Origin: Vicinamibacterales bacterium
GTDB taxonomy: Bacteria > Acidobacteriota > Vicinamibacteria > Vicinamibacterales > CAZQMT01
Direction: 5' to 3'
Assembly (NCBI GenBank): GCA_965197935.1
Contig: CBDAOD010000002.1
Coordinates: 1,668,464 to 1,732,463 of the forward strand
Length of the DNA stretch: 64,000 nt
Below are positions 9,325 to 19,558 of the stretch, piece after piece. The notes under the pieces are model-generated. The model was not told the origin of the DNA. It saw only the letters and a program-made list of their open reading frames with translations, and did not search any database. Numbering within the stretch: the stretch's first letter is position 1; every line of letters starts with the position of its first letter. The position numbers and the translations under genes are program-made.

Positions 9325-10739
9325 TACTACTTTGTTAGATCGCACAATTTGGGCGAGATCCGACAAGTGATCTAATTTGAGGACATTGTACTTTTCCGGC
9401 GAATTCGGGACCCTGCGCGGTAGTGCACGACCGCCGCACGGTGGAGCAGTTGCGTCGCCTGATGAGATGGCTCGAGGCCTTCAAGGCGTGCTTCGGCCAT
9501 CGCGCACAGGAGCTGGCGTTGCGCCGGTACGTCCAGGGGTTGCTCAGCGACAGCCCGCGCAAGTCGATGGAAGCGATGCTGGCGCGGGGGACCGATCCCG
9601 GGGGCTATCAAGCGTTCCAACACTTCATCACCGATGCGCCGTGGAGTGCCGACGGCGTCTGGCGCTGCCTGCGGGCGGTGCTGCCCGAACGCGAAGGGCT
9701 GGTGATCTTCGCTGGCACGAGTTTCCCCAAGCCAGGGACGTCCTCGGTCGGGGTGGCCCGCCAGTACTGTGGGGCCGTGGGGAAAGTCGCCAATGGCCAA
9801 GTGGCGGTCACCGCGGCGCTGTGGACCGGGCTGCGCGCCTACTTGCTGGGGGCCGCGCTCTATGTGCCCGAGGCGTGGCTGACCGACGCCGCCCGCGATC
9901 GGGCGCGGCTTCCCCGGGGTGTCCGGTTGCAGGCGAAGTGGCGCCAAGCGCTCACCCTGCTCCGGCAGGTGCGCGCCAGCGGCCTCACCGTCACCGGCGT
10001 GCTGGCCGATGCGGAGTTTGGCGATACCGGCCTGTTTCGGGCCATGTGGCATCGGTTGCGGCTCCCCTATGCGGTGGGGATTTCCTCGTCGCAGACCGTG
10101 TTCCTGGGGCGGCCGCGCCTCGGGCACCGGCGGGGCGGCCGACTGGGGCGCCCGCGCACCCGGCCAGACCTGGCGGCGGGCGTGCGGGCGTACACGGTGG
10201 CCCAGGCCGCCAAGGCGCAGCCGCGGTGGCGGCCCATCAGCTGGCGCAACCGCCGCGGCGGGCGCCGCTGGACGGTCCAGTGTGTGGCCCTGCGGGTGAC
10301 CCCGGCCCACGACTGGCGCGACCGCCGGCTCGCCCCCGAGGTGTGGCTGCTGGCCGAACGCGACACGGGCGCGACGCCGCGGACCAAATACTTCTTCGTC
10401 AACCTTGCCGGCCACCACCTCCTGGCCGCAGCTCGTCCGACTCGCGCATCAGCGGTGGGCCATCGAGCAGCAGTACCAAGAGTTGAAGACCCACCTCGGG
10501 TTGGATCACTTCGAAGGCCGCAACGTTCCCGGGCTGGCACCATCACGTCGTGCTCACCGCCGTGACGTACAACTTCCTGCAGGCCGAGCGGCGGCGGCAC
10601 CTCGCCGGGCTCACCTTTCCAGTGGCCCGCGCGATCGTGCAGGAAATCTTCACCGCGTACCTCTTTGCTCAACGGCCGTTCTACCTGAAGCGCATCGAGA
10701 CGCTAAAGTCGGTGCAATTGCGGATCTAACAAAGTAGTA
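9325..10739 (+). mobile_element. IS701-family insertion sequence
   Basis: Perfect 17-bp TIRs TACTACTTTGTTAGATC (9325) and GATCTAACAAAGTAGTA (10723-10739); CTAG target duplication at 9321-9324 and 10740-10743. Confidence 0.95.
9423..10737 (+). pseudogene. IS701-family transposase, degenerate
   Basis: RRYVQGLLS..RKSME, TSFPKPGTSSVGVARQYCG, VLADAEFG, RWAIEQQYQELKTHLGLDHFEGR. Frameshifts near 10410 and 10525; the first catalytic Asp position reads IFAGT. Confidence 0.85.
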
Positions 10740-11234
10740 CTAGGCGCCGACGATGGTTGGCCGAGGTGGCGGCGCGCACTCCATCAGGAAGTGCGTGTCC
10801 ACGTCGCGGATGACCGTGAACCCCAGTCGCTGATAGAAGCTCATCGCGCGATTGAACTTCTCCACGTGGATCCGCACGGGCTTGCCAGCCAGCTCACCCT
10901 CGCGCAGGACGTCCAGCATCAGCGTCGTGCCGAGGCCACGGTTGCGAAACTCGGGCAGCAGCGCGATGTCGACGACACGGATCTCGTCCGAACGCCGATG
11001 CAGATAGAGACGCCCGACGGAAACCGTGCCCAGCATCACGATCAGGAAGGCCGCGTCGGGGTAGTTCGCCGTGTAGTCCTGGTGCTGGGCCTCGAACTGC
11101 ATCCGCAGGAGCGCCTGCTTCTCCTCGGCGGGCAGCCGCGCCGCATGGATGTCGGGGCGGCTGGCGGAGAAGACCCGGAACAGGAAGGGCCGATCCGCGG
11201 GCCGAATCGGCCGAAACGTCAGCGGCGCGCTCAC
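10740..11234 (-). CDS. GNAT N-acetyltransferase (tail-collar-associated type)
   Basis: LRMQFEAQHQDY...VGRLYL..EIRVVDIALLPEFRNRGLGT...HVEKFNRAMSFYQRLGF. Confidence 0.92.
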   Translation of the reverse strand: MSAPLTFRPIRPADRPFLFRVFSASRPDIHAARLPAEEKQALLRMQFEAQHQDYTANYPDAAFLIVMLGTVSVGRLYLHRRSDEIRVVDIALLPEFRNRGLGTTLMLDVLREGELAGKPVRIHVEKFNRAMSFYQRLGFTVIRDVDTHFLMECAPPPRPTIVGA

Positions 11235-11334
11235 GGTGGTGGGTCCACGGCCAACCGTGGGATGGAGTCAGCGAAACGGTCGATGGGTCGGGGCGCGTGC
11301 CCAGGTGCCGCGCCCGTCCCCGTCGACGTTGGCC

Positions 11335-11856
11335 TCAGCTGCGCGACGGGTACACGCCTACGAGCGCGATGATGAAGTTGACGCAGGCATAGGGGTTCTG
11401 AACGCTGACTGCACCACTTTGGCCCGTGCTCCCGGTCGTGCCGTTAGCCCCCATCGTCGCATTCTTGGTGTTGGCGTAGATGTTCAGCGCGCCGCCCGGG
11501 ACCGCCGCCGGGTAGCGGCCGGCCGGGCTGTCCTGGTCGCCCTCCGCCGAGTTGGCAGGCGCGCCGGGCACGGTGTGATAGTGCGCCGGCGGCTGGGTGA
11601 TCTCGTTCACTCCCGCCTTCTGACCCAGACGGAAGGTGCCCAGGCCTGGCGCCATGCCGGGGTGCATGGCGAAGCGCCCCCGCAGGTCCGGCAGGGCGAA
11701 CGTGGAGCGTCCGTCGCCGCCGTAGGTCGTGCCCAAGAGCGAGAACAGGGCGCTGTTGGTGCTGATGGGCAGCAGTTGGCCGTCACAGAAGGACCAGCCG
11801 CGCGGGTTGAAGTTGCCGCCGAACATGACGATCTCGGCGAGGAAGGGTTCTGACAT
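11335..11856 (-). CDS. Phage tail-collar domain protein (microcystin-dependent protein MdpB-like)
   Basis: MSEPFLAEIVMFGGNFNPRGWSFCDGQLLPI..NSALFSLLGTTYGGDGRSTFALPDLRGR...NPYACVNFIIALVGVYPSR. Confidence 0.93.
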   Translation of the reverse strand: MSEPFLAEIVMFGGNFNPRGWSFCDGQLLPISTNSALFSLLGTTYGGDGRSTFALPDLRGRFAMHPGMAPGLGTFRLGQKAGVNEITQPPAHYHTVPGAPANSAEGDQDSPAGRYPAAVPGGALNIYANTKNATMGANGTTGSTGQSGAVSVQNPYACVNFIIALVGVYPSRS

Positions 11857-11941
11857 GAGGTGGCTCCTCTCTTGTGAGATGCTGTCGTGGCGATTCGCAC
11901 TGCACGCCAGGCGAGATCGTCTGCGGTGATTCTAGCCGCAA

Positions 11942-12400
11942 TCAACTGAAGATCGTCTCGTAGAATCGCCCCTCGGGATGGTCCGTGGCCAGATGGGCCG
12001 GAGACACGCTGACCGGGGTCAACAGCAAGGTGAGCGAGCCGAGCCGCCTGTGAGACACCACGTGCACGTCGTTGTGCAACGGCGAATCGTGTGGTCCACG
12101 GGACAGCAGCGCGAAGGGCTCCCGGGGCCAGCCTTTAAAGCCCTCGGATCGCTTCGCCAGCTCCGTGTAGCGCGTCACCTCGACCAGCTCCAGCGCGCAC
12201 GTCGAGGACGTCGGATAGGCATCGGGGCGCGGCACGGGCGCCCCCGCCGGGTCGATGCCGCAGAACGTCAAGTCGACCGAAAACGTCTCACCGACGAACG
12301 GCTCGAACGTCGCGCGCGTCAGTGAACCGACGCTGGGCCTGGCCGACGGCCCCGGCTCGGCAGCGGCCCCGGTCTGGGCTGACGTCACCGGGTCGGACAT
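11942..12400 (-). CDS. DUF6916-like protein
   Basis: LTRATFEPFVGETF...LELVEV...REPFALL.RGP...H..LG.L.L.LTPV...YETIFS, in the usual position next to a collar gene and a GNAT. Confidence 0.75.
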   Translation of the reverse strand: MSDPVTSAQTGAAAEPGPSARPSVGSLTRATFEPFVGETFSVDLTFCGIDPAGAPVPRPDAYPTSSTCALELVEVTRYTELAKRSEGFKGWPREPFALLSRGPHDSPLHNDVHVVSHRRLGSLTLLLTPVSVSPAHLATDHPEGRFYETIFS

Positions 12401-12586
12401 GGTGTGAGGGTCTCCTTGGTTCCAGGCATGGCATCGTAAGCCAACCCCTGAGTCCGTGTAAGGACTCGGCGGGTCCGACCGGATCGGCGCCTGGCGTCTC
12501 CCGGCCGCGGACTTCGTTGCTCCAGACCGGCACGCTCGCCAACCAGAAGCTGGCCATGAGCGTCCGGCGGTCGACGCCCGCGGCGT

Positions 12587-13040
12587 TCAGTCCGCGGTGG
12601 ATGCCTCCATCTCTGCCGCGGGGCGCGCGTGGCTCCCCGGGACGAGCCAGAGGAAGCGATCGTCGGGTAGCAGCGGGGCGAGCAGGAAGCACTGGCGGTC
12701 CAGATCGCGCGCGAGGATCGTGGTTTCGGTCTCGCACCCGAGTCGGCAGTGATCGCGATGCCACGGGGTGCCGTAGGACTGCCCGCCGCCGGACGAGAGC
12801 AGCATCAGCCAGTTGCACCGCACGGGTGCGTCGAGCAGCCCCCGGCGAGGGGGATCGCCGCGGTGTCTAGCCAGGTACCGAAGGCCGGGTCGTAAATGTC
12901 GGGCTCCAAGAGACCGGGCATGACATCCGGAATCCGGCGGTCTTCGTCGAGCCATCTGAAGTGGGCGGTGTCGAGCTCGCCCACCCGCCGACGGTCCAGG
13001 ATCCGGTCGACGGCCTCGACGACCGACCGCACGTGATGGG
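12587..13040 (-). pseudogene. Phytanoyl-CoA dioxygenase (PhyH)-like fragment, frameshifted
   Basis: TPWHRD...LAPLLPDDRFLWLVPGSH in one frame; the upstream part is in another frame. Confidence 0.5.
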
Positions 13041-13156
13041 ACCCTGAGGCGAACGCCGGATAGAGCAAGCTCTTCGCAGGGTGCGTACCCGCCGATGCCC
13101 AGCCAGGCGAGCGCTTTGCAAGTGACCGAGACAGACTCCTCGTGTAGGCTCGCGGT

Positions 13157-15445
13157 ATGCGGCTGAGCCGTGCGATCGCGACCGGGCTGCTGGTAGTGGC
13201 GCTCGCGGTGGAGGCGAGCGCGCAACCGCGGGGCGTCGCCGCGACTTCGCTCGGCGAAACGACGCCCGCGGATACGGCCGGTCCGGCGCTTCCCGATTCT
13301 GGCACCATCTTTCGCGGGCCGGACGGTGCGGTTGCCCTCAGAGCCATCCGGTTGACAGAGCCCATCGTGGTCGATGGTCTTCTCGGCGATTCGGTCTACG
13401 GGGAAGCCGCCGCCGCCGGCGGTTTCATCCAGCAGGAGCCCCGCGAGGGGGAGCCGGCGACGGAGCGAACCGAGGCCTGGGTGCTCTATGACGACCGTAA
13501 CCTGTACGTGGCAGCACGGTGTTGGGACAGCCAGCCCGACCGCATGGTGGTGAACGAGCTACGCCGCGATCACGAGAACATCTTTCAGAACGAGAGCTTC
13601 GCGGTCGTGCTCGACACCTTCCACGATCGGCGCAACGGCTTCTTCTTCCAGACCAACGCGCTGGGAGCGTTGAGGGAGGGGCTGATCACCGACGAGCGGA
13701 ACGCCAACTTCGACTGGAACACCGTGTGGGACGTCAAGACGGGGCGGTTCGAGGACGGCTGGACGCTCGAGATGGCGATACCGTTCAAGTCGCTCCGGTT
13801 CGCCGGGCACGCCGATCAGGTCTGGGGGATCAACCTGCACCGGTTCGTACGCTGGAAGAACGAGCGCTCGTACCTCAGCCCCGTTCCGGCCTCGTACGGC
13901 GAGGAGGGCGTCTATCGCGTGTCGACGGCGGCGACGCTCGCCGGCCTGGATCTCGTCTCGCGGACGCGCACCCTCGAGATCAAGCCGTATGCGATCTCTT
14001 CCGTCACGACCGATGCCGCGGCGACACCGCGCGTCTCAAACGACCTCGGTGGCGATGTCGGATTCGACGCGAAATACGACCTGACCAAGGGCTTGACGGC
14101 CGATTTCACCTACAACACGGACTTCGCCCAGGTCGAGGCGGACGAGCAGCAGGTCAACCTCTCACGGTTCGATCTGTTCTTCCCCGAGAAGCGCGAGTTC
14201 TTCCTGGAAGGACAGGGCCTCTTCGCGTTCGGCGGACCGGAGCGCGAGCAGTGGGGGCGCCCCAGCAACGTGCCCGTCGTGTTCTTCAGCCGCCGCATCG
14301 GGCTGGCCGATGGCACCGTCGTCCCCATCAACGCCGGCGGTCGCGTGACGGGTCGCGCCGGCAAGTACACGGTCGGCGCCCTCGACATTCATAGCGGCGA
14401 TTCGGCCGCAGGCGGTGTGGCGTCGACGAACTTCTCGGTCGTTCGGCTCCGGCGCGACATCTTCGGCCGAAGCGCGATCGGCGTGATCGGCACGAACCGC
14501 TCGGTTGCCGTCGACGGCGTCGGGTCCAACCAGGTGTACGGCGCCGATGCCAGCTTCGCGTTCTTCCAGAACCTGAGTCTCACCGGTTTCTGGACGCGCA
14601 GTCGAACGCCGGGGCGGACCGGCCGAGACCACAGCTACCGGGGTCGACTCGAGAACTTCGGCGACCGCTATGGCATCGAGTACGAGCACCTCGTTGTTGG
14701 TGAGGACTTCAACCCGGAGATCGGCTTCCTTCGGCGAAGGGACTTCAGGCGGAACTACCTGCAGGTGCAGTTCACTCCCCGACCGGCGTCCATCCCGTCG
14801 ATCCGGAAGATACGGAACGAGTTGAGCGTCGACTACATCAACAGGCTCGACGGGAGGCTCGAATCGAGGCAGCTGCGGTATCTGTGGGCCGCCGAGTTCC
14901 AGCGAGGCGACGAGTGGTGGCTCGAGTACAACCGTGACTTCGAATTCCTCGCCGAGCCGTTCGAGATCTCCAAGGGCGTCGTCATCCCGGTTGGACGCTA
15001 CTCCTCCGACTCGTTCCTCAGCAACTACCAGCTTGGACCCCAGCGCCCGGTGAACGGATGGCTCGGATTCATCCGCGGCAGCTTCTTCGGTGGCACCAGA
15101 ACGCAGGCACGTTTCTTCGGGCGTGTCGAGCTGTCGCCGAGGCTGTCCGTCGAGCCGCGCGTTGCCGTCGACTGGATCGGGCTGCCGCAGGGCGATTTCG
15201 TCTCGAAGTTGGTGAGCGGCCGAGTCAACTACACCATGACGCCACGCGCGTTCGTGGCAGCGCTCGTGCAGTACAACACCAGCAACGAGGCGATGGACAC
15301 CAACATTCGATTTCGATGGGAGTACCAGCCCGGCAGCGACCTGTTCGTCGTCTACACGGAGGGTCGCGATATCGTCGAGCGCGGGTTCCCCGGCTTCCAG
15401 AACCGGGGCGTCGTCGCCAAGTTCACGCGGCTGTTCCGGTTCTGA
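13157..15445 (+). CDS. DUF5916 / CBM9-like outer-membrane protein
   Basis: Signal peptide, LYDDRNLYVAARCWD, LDTFHDRRNG, NTDFAQVEAD...NLSRF.LFFPEKREFFLEG, C-terminal RLFRF. Confidence 0.9.
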   Translation: MRLSRAIATGLLVVALAVEASAQPRGVAATSLGETTPADTAGPALPDSGTIFRGPDGAVALRAIRLTEPIVVDGLLGDSVYGEAAAAGGFIQQEPREGEPATERTEAWVLYDDRNLYVAARCWDSQPDRMVVNELRRDHENIFQNESFAVVLDTFHDRRNGFFFQTNALGALREGLITDERNANFDWNTVWDVKTGRFEDGWTLEMAIPFKSLRFAGHADQVWGINLHRFVRWKNERSYLSPVPASYGEEGVYRVSTAATLAGLDLVSRTRTLEIKPYAISSVTTDAAATPRVSNDLGGDVGFDAKYDLTKGLTADFTYNTDFAQVEADEQQVNLSRFDLFFPEKREFFLEGQGLFAFGGPEREQWGRPSNVPVVFFSRRIGLADGTVVPINAGGRVTGRAGKYTVGALDIHSGDSAAGGVASTNFSVVRLRRDIFGRSAIGVIGTNRSVAVDGVGSNQVYGADASFAFFQNLSLTGFWTRSRTPGRTGRDHSYRGRLENFGDRYGIEYEHLVVGEDFNPEIGFLRRRDFRRNYLQVQFTPRPASIPSIRKIRNELSVDYINRLDGRLESRQLRYLWAAEFQRGDEWWLEYNRDFEFLAEPFEISKGVVIPVGRYSSDSFLSNYQLGPQRPVNGWLGFIRGSFFGGTRTQARFFGRVELSPRLSVEPRVAVDWIGLPQGDFVSKLVSGRVNYTMTPRAFVAALVQYNTSNEAMDTNIRFRWEYQPGSDLFVVYTEGRDIVERGFPGFQNRGVVAKFTRLFRF

Positions 15446-15460
15446 GCCTGCCCGCCCCGG

Positions 15461-16528
15461 TCACGCCAGCGGCCGGTAGCTCGGCTTGCCCGAGATCTGC
15501 GTCCGAATGCCGAGCAGGAGCGTGCCGCAGGTCACGTAGAGCGTGCGGAGATCATCGCCCCCGAACGTGCAGTTGGTCACGGTGTCTTCCGGCGTCTCTC
15601 GATACGCGACCAGCGTGCCCGCGGGGCTGATGACGTGGATGCCCGGCCGCGTATCGAGCGTCTCGCTGCTGCCGCGCGTCGCGTGGAGCCCCGCGGCGAC
15701 GTACAGGTTCCCCTCGGCGTCGATACACATCCCGTCCCCGCTGCGTCCCGGATAGAAGTCGACGAGGACGCGGTCGTTGGAGACCGTGCCGTTGGGACCG
15801 AGGTCGTACGCGCGGATGTCGCGATGATGGTTCGCGTCGGGATGCGCCTCGACCACGTAGAGGGTCCTGCCGTCCGAAGACGTGACGATGCCGTTGGGCA
15901 TGTGGATGCGGTCGGGCTCCAGGAGGCGCTCGACGGTGCCATCCGGGTCGATGCGATATACGCCCTTGGGGTTCTCGCCTTCCGGATCCTGGACCTCCGA
16001 CCGGGACGTGAAGTAGACGCGCCCCTCGCCGTCCAGGCAGAGGTCGTTCGGCTTGGCCAGCCGCCTCCCGCGGTATTCGTCGACGAGCACCTCGATCGCT
16101 CCCGTGTCCATGTCGGTCCGCGTGACACGCGCGGCGGCGCCCTCGCAAGCCAGCAGTCGGCCCCTCGGATCGAAGAGCAGGCCGTTCGTTTCGTGGCTGT
16201 CGTCGCGGAAGACCGACAGTGCCTCTTCTCGCGGGTTCCACACGAGAATCTTGTTCACCGGGATGTTGGTGAAGAAGACGTTCCCCGCACGATCGACGGC
16301 CGGGCCCTCGGTGAACACCTCGTCGTCTTCGACTCTGGCGAGCAGTTGAACCGACCCGAGATACCGCTCGGAGTTCAGGTCGGCGTAGCGGTCGCGCTGC
16401 GCGGCCAGGGCACCTCCCGTCGTCCCCGTCGTGGCGAGCGCGGTGAGGGCGATCGCCTGGCTGGCGCCGGCCCTGAGAAACTCACGGCGCGTCACCTCAT
16501 CAGACGGCGAATCGAGTCGACTGCCCAT
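15461..16528 (-). CDS. SMP-30/gluconolactonase-family protein, Tat-exported
   Basis: TRREFL twin-arginine motif; FTEGP, PNDL, PNGI, GDGMCIDAEGNLYV, TNCTFGG. Confidence 0.92.
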   Translation of the reverse strand: MGSRLDSPSDEVTRREFLRAGASQAIALTALATTGTTGGALAAQRDRYADLNSERYLGSVQLLARVEDDEVFTEGPAVDRAGNVFFTNIPVNKILVWNPREEALSVFRDDSHETNGLLFDPRGRLLACEGAAARVTRTDMDTGAIEVLVDEYRGRRLAKPNDLCLDGEGRVYFTSRSEVQDPEGENPKGVYRIDPDGTVERLLEPDRIHMPNGIVTSSDGRTLYVVEAHPDANHHRDIRAYDLGPNGTVSNDRVLVDFYPGRSGDGMCIDAEGNLYVAAGLHATRGSSETLDTRPGIHVISPAGTLVAYRETPEDTVTNCTFGGDDLRTLYVTCGTLLLGIRTQISGKPSYRPLA

Positions 16529-16548
16529 GGCACCTCTCGTATGAGTAC

Positions 16549-16708
16549 GACTTTGTCAGTTTCGCGGGGGGCGGAAGGGGTGTCCGCCAGGCAAACCGTG
16601 AAGGCGGCCAGCCTCCGTAGCTCGTCTGAAACACGTGGGTCAGCCGCCGCAATGTTTTCGGTTTGCTGGGCGGACACCCCTTCCGCCCCCCGCGAAACTG
16701 ACAAAGTC
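16549..16708. repeat. 160-bp palindromic element (MITE/REP-like)
   Basis: 40-bp perfect inverted repeat GACTTTGTCAGTTTCGCGGGGGGCGGAAGGGGTGTCCGCC, extendable to ~50 bp with 2 mismatches. Confidence 0.85.
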
Positions 16709-16733
16709 CTGCTGATGCTCCATGTTGATCACT

Positions 16734-19358
16734 TCAGAATGGGCTCGGCTCCACATCCGGCGCCCGCTTGACGTACCGATCGAACCAATTCAGCCACCGG
16801 GCCCAGAGATCGAGATAGCTCTCCTTGGCACGAGGGGCGTGAGATTCGTAGGGGTAGACGTAGAGCGCCGCCGTCTTGCCGAGGCCGGTCAGCACCTGCA
16901 TCAGCCGCTCGGATTGAATCGGGAACGTCCCCGAGTTGTTGTCGTCCTGACCGTGGTACATGAGGAGGGGCGTGTCGATATGGTCCGCGTTGAAGAACGG
17001 CGACATCTCCAGATACACGTTCGGCGCCTCCCAGATGTGGCGCCGCTCGCTCTGGAAGCCCATGGGCGTGAGGCTCCGGTTGTACGCGCCATCACCGGCG
17101 ATACCGGCCTTGAAAAAGGGCGAGTGCGCCAACAGATTGGCCGTCGCGAACGCGCCATAGCTGTGCCCGCCGTGACCGATGCGATCGATGTCCACGTAAC
17201 CCATCTGGTCGACTGCGCGGATGGCGCCGTAGAGCGAGTCCACCAGGTGCTGGACGTAGTTGTCGTTGTAGGTACGACCCTTCCTGATGATCGGCACGTC
17301 GGGATAGACGAGCGCGTAGCCTTGCGTCAGCCAGATGTCGGACCACCTGAGATAGCTGAGGTGGGAGAAGGCGTTCTCGTTGCGCGACCGAAGGGCGGCG
17401 CTGCGATACTCCTCGACCGACGAATACTCGCGTGGATAGGTCCAGAAGATCGCCGGTACGCGAGAACCCTCCCGGTATCCCACGGGTAGCGAGATCCGGG
17501 CACGCACCACGACGCCATCCCGCCGCGTGAAGTCGAAGTCGACGCGCCGCGCGCCGGTGATCTCCGGGAAGGGGTCCCGGTTGTTCGTCAGCTTGGCGAC
17601 GCCGCCGCCACGGGTCCAGAGGTAGCCGTCCGGAAAGACCGTCTTCGATTCACGGCTGACGAGGAGGCGTTCGAGATTCGCATCCAGCGCGGCGACCGGC
17701 CGCTCGAACATCTCGACCGAGCTCTCGAAGACACGCGCGGCCGCGCCCGTCTGGATCGGCACGCGGTCGATGAAGGGACGAGGTCGGTGGTCCGCTCGAT
17801 ATCCCGGGCCTTCGAGGTAGACGGCATCGCCGGACTCCGAGACGAGGGCATAGGCGATCCCGTTTTCGGTCGCGCGCGTGAGGATCGTGCCGGGCAGCGT
17901 CAGCGGCGCGTCGGGGTCGAAGTCGTCGACGAGGATCTGGCGCCGCGCCGAACGATTCAGGTCGTACGCGACGAGGCGCTGCGTCGCCGCCGACCCGTTC
18001 TCACCGTTTGAGCGCACGGTGGCGAAGGCGTAGGCGGCGTCGTGGGCGTATCTGACGTCTCGGAACTCCTCGCCGGGGGAGTCGGTGCGGGCCAGGGTCT
18101 CCGCGGACGCGGGGTCGAACGGGGCCGCGAGCCGCATGATGCGGTCGTGAGCAGGGGTGGCCTCCGCGTCGTCGTCGCGCGCGTCGTCGGCGCTATCCGG
18201 GTCTTCGCCGCCGCTCGGCGGTGGCTCTCGCCAGACCAGCCCGAGCCCCTCGCCATCGGGGCGCCAGGCGACGTCGCGGGGCAGGTCGGCCTCGAGCTGG
18301 GCGGCGCGGCGGCCCGCGTCCTCGTTCAGCGGCACCTCCCGGATCGTCGACACGGATCCGCCGCGGAGGTCCAAGACCTCCAGACGGCGCGGGAAGGACG
18401 AGTACCCGACGATCGTCGAGAGCGGCTCGACGATCCGTTCGGTGAGCAGATGCCGACCGTCTGGACCGAGCGAGAGCGACAGGAACATTCCCGACTCTCC
18501 GATCGGCTGCGGAGCCTCCCCGCGCGCGAGCTCGGCGATCTGCCCGGAGGTGTGATACCGAAATCGGTCCATGTCGTGGGCGTCCTGCAGGAGGAAGGGG
18601 AGCGTGCGGGTCGGTGCGGCCGTGTCTCGGGTCGTCCGGATGATCGGGCCGTCCGCGACGGGGCCACGCGTCGGCTCGACGCCGCGGTCGGGAGGGACGA
18701 TCACGGTGATCAGGTTTCCCGAGGAGGTCCACTGGAGAACACGCGAGCTCGACGTGGACGGTCGGCCGGACTCCCGGCGGGTGCCGAGCGTGGCCATGAC
18801 CGCGATGTCGGCGAAGCGCTCGGCCGCCCCCGCGAGATCGGAGATCCACACCTCGGTTCGCTCGGGACGATGGGCCAGGAACGCGAGGTGGCGGCCGTCG
18901 GGTGACCACATCATGTCACTGACGAAGGTGTCGCCCGGCAACCGGACGTCGTGGACCACGCCGGTGTCGATGGAGTGGATCTGCAGCCGGTCGATGCCGT
19001 CGGTGTCCAGGTGCCAGACGCGGTTGACGGCCGGACGCAGCTCGAGCATCGCGAGCCGATACGTCTCCCGCGACATGCGTTCGAGGGTGGAGAGCTCTGT
19101 CGAGCGGGGCACCACGACGTGCGTGCCGTCCGGGCTCACACCCTCGATGGTCGCGTAGCTCTTGTCGCGATCGAACAGCTCAGCGACCGAAGGCGGGGGC
19201 AGGATGTAGGCGGCCCGCTCGGCGGCCTGCTGCGCGAGCGTGCGGACGTCCGCGATCGACAGCGCGCCGATGGCCACGGCGGCCAACCAGCATCCGGGGC
19301 GCCGACCGCTCGACGCTCGGGTTCGCCGTGCACGATCCATGCGCATCGCAACCTCCAT
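16734..19358 (-). CDS. S9-family serine peptidase (S9D glutamyl-endopeptidase-like)
   Basis: YPREY, GHSYG nucleophile motif, GAYNRSLTPMGFQSE, HGQDDNNSGTFPIQSER, ESH. Confidence 0.92.
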   Translation of the reverse strand: MEVAMRMDRARRTRASSGRRPGCWLAAVAIGALSIADVRTLAQQAAERAAYILPPPSVAELFDRDKSYATIEGVSPDGTHVVVPRSTELSTLERMSRETYRLAMLELRPAVNRVWHLDTDGIDRLQIHSIDTGVVHDVRLPGDTFVSDMMWSPDGRHLAFLAHRPERTEVWISDLAGAAERFADIAVMATLGTRRESGRPSTSSSRVLQWTSSGNLITVIVPPDRGVEPTRGPVADGPIIRTTRDTAAPTRTLPFLLQDAHDMDRFRYHTSGQIAELARGEAPQPIGESGMFLSLSLGPDGRHLLTERIVEPLSTIVGYSSFPRRLEVLDLRGGSVSTIREVPLNEDAGRRAAQLEADLPRDVAWRPDGEGLGLVWREPPPSGGEDPDSADDARDDDAEATPAHDRIMRLAAPFDPASAETLARTDSPGEEFRDVRYAHDAAYAFATVRSNGENGSAATQRLVAYDLNRSARRQILVDDFDPDAPLTLPGTILTRATENGIAYALVSESGDAVYLEGPGYRADHRPRPFIDRVPIQTGAAARVFESSVEMFERPVAALDANLERLLVSRESKTVFPDGYLWTRGGGVAKLTNNRDPFPEITGARRVDFDFTRRDGVVVRARISLPVGYREGSRVPAIFWTYPREYSSVEEYRSAALRSRNENAFSHLSYLRWSDIWLTQGYALVYPDVPIIRKGRTYNDNYVQHLVDSLYGAIRAVDQMGYVDIDRIGHGGHSYGAFATANLLAHSPFFKAGIAGDGAYNRSLTPMGFQSERRHIWEAPNVYLEMSPFFNADHIDTPLLMYHGQDDNNSGTFPIQSERLMQVLTGLGKTAALYVYPYESHAPRAKESYLDLWARWLNWFDRYVKRAPDVEPSPF

Positions 19359-19558
19359 GGTTCGGCTGACGCCGGCTCGGGCATCCGCACTCGGCGGACA
19401 CGCGCGCGGTGACGGAAGGTCGATTATAGCGTCGGATCGACTCGGACGGCTGGAACGAATGCCGTCGAAATTGCGAGATGGAACACGTAGACTGGGGCCA
19501 TCGTCGGCGGTCGTCCCGCGCCCGCGCCACGTGGGCGGGCCTTACCCTGGGAGGGACC

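Noticed and set aside
11335-11856. Prophage suggested by the tail-collar gene
   Set aside because: No capsid, terminase, baseplate, lysis or integrase genes nearby.
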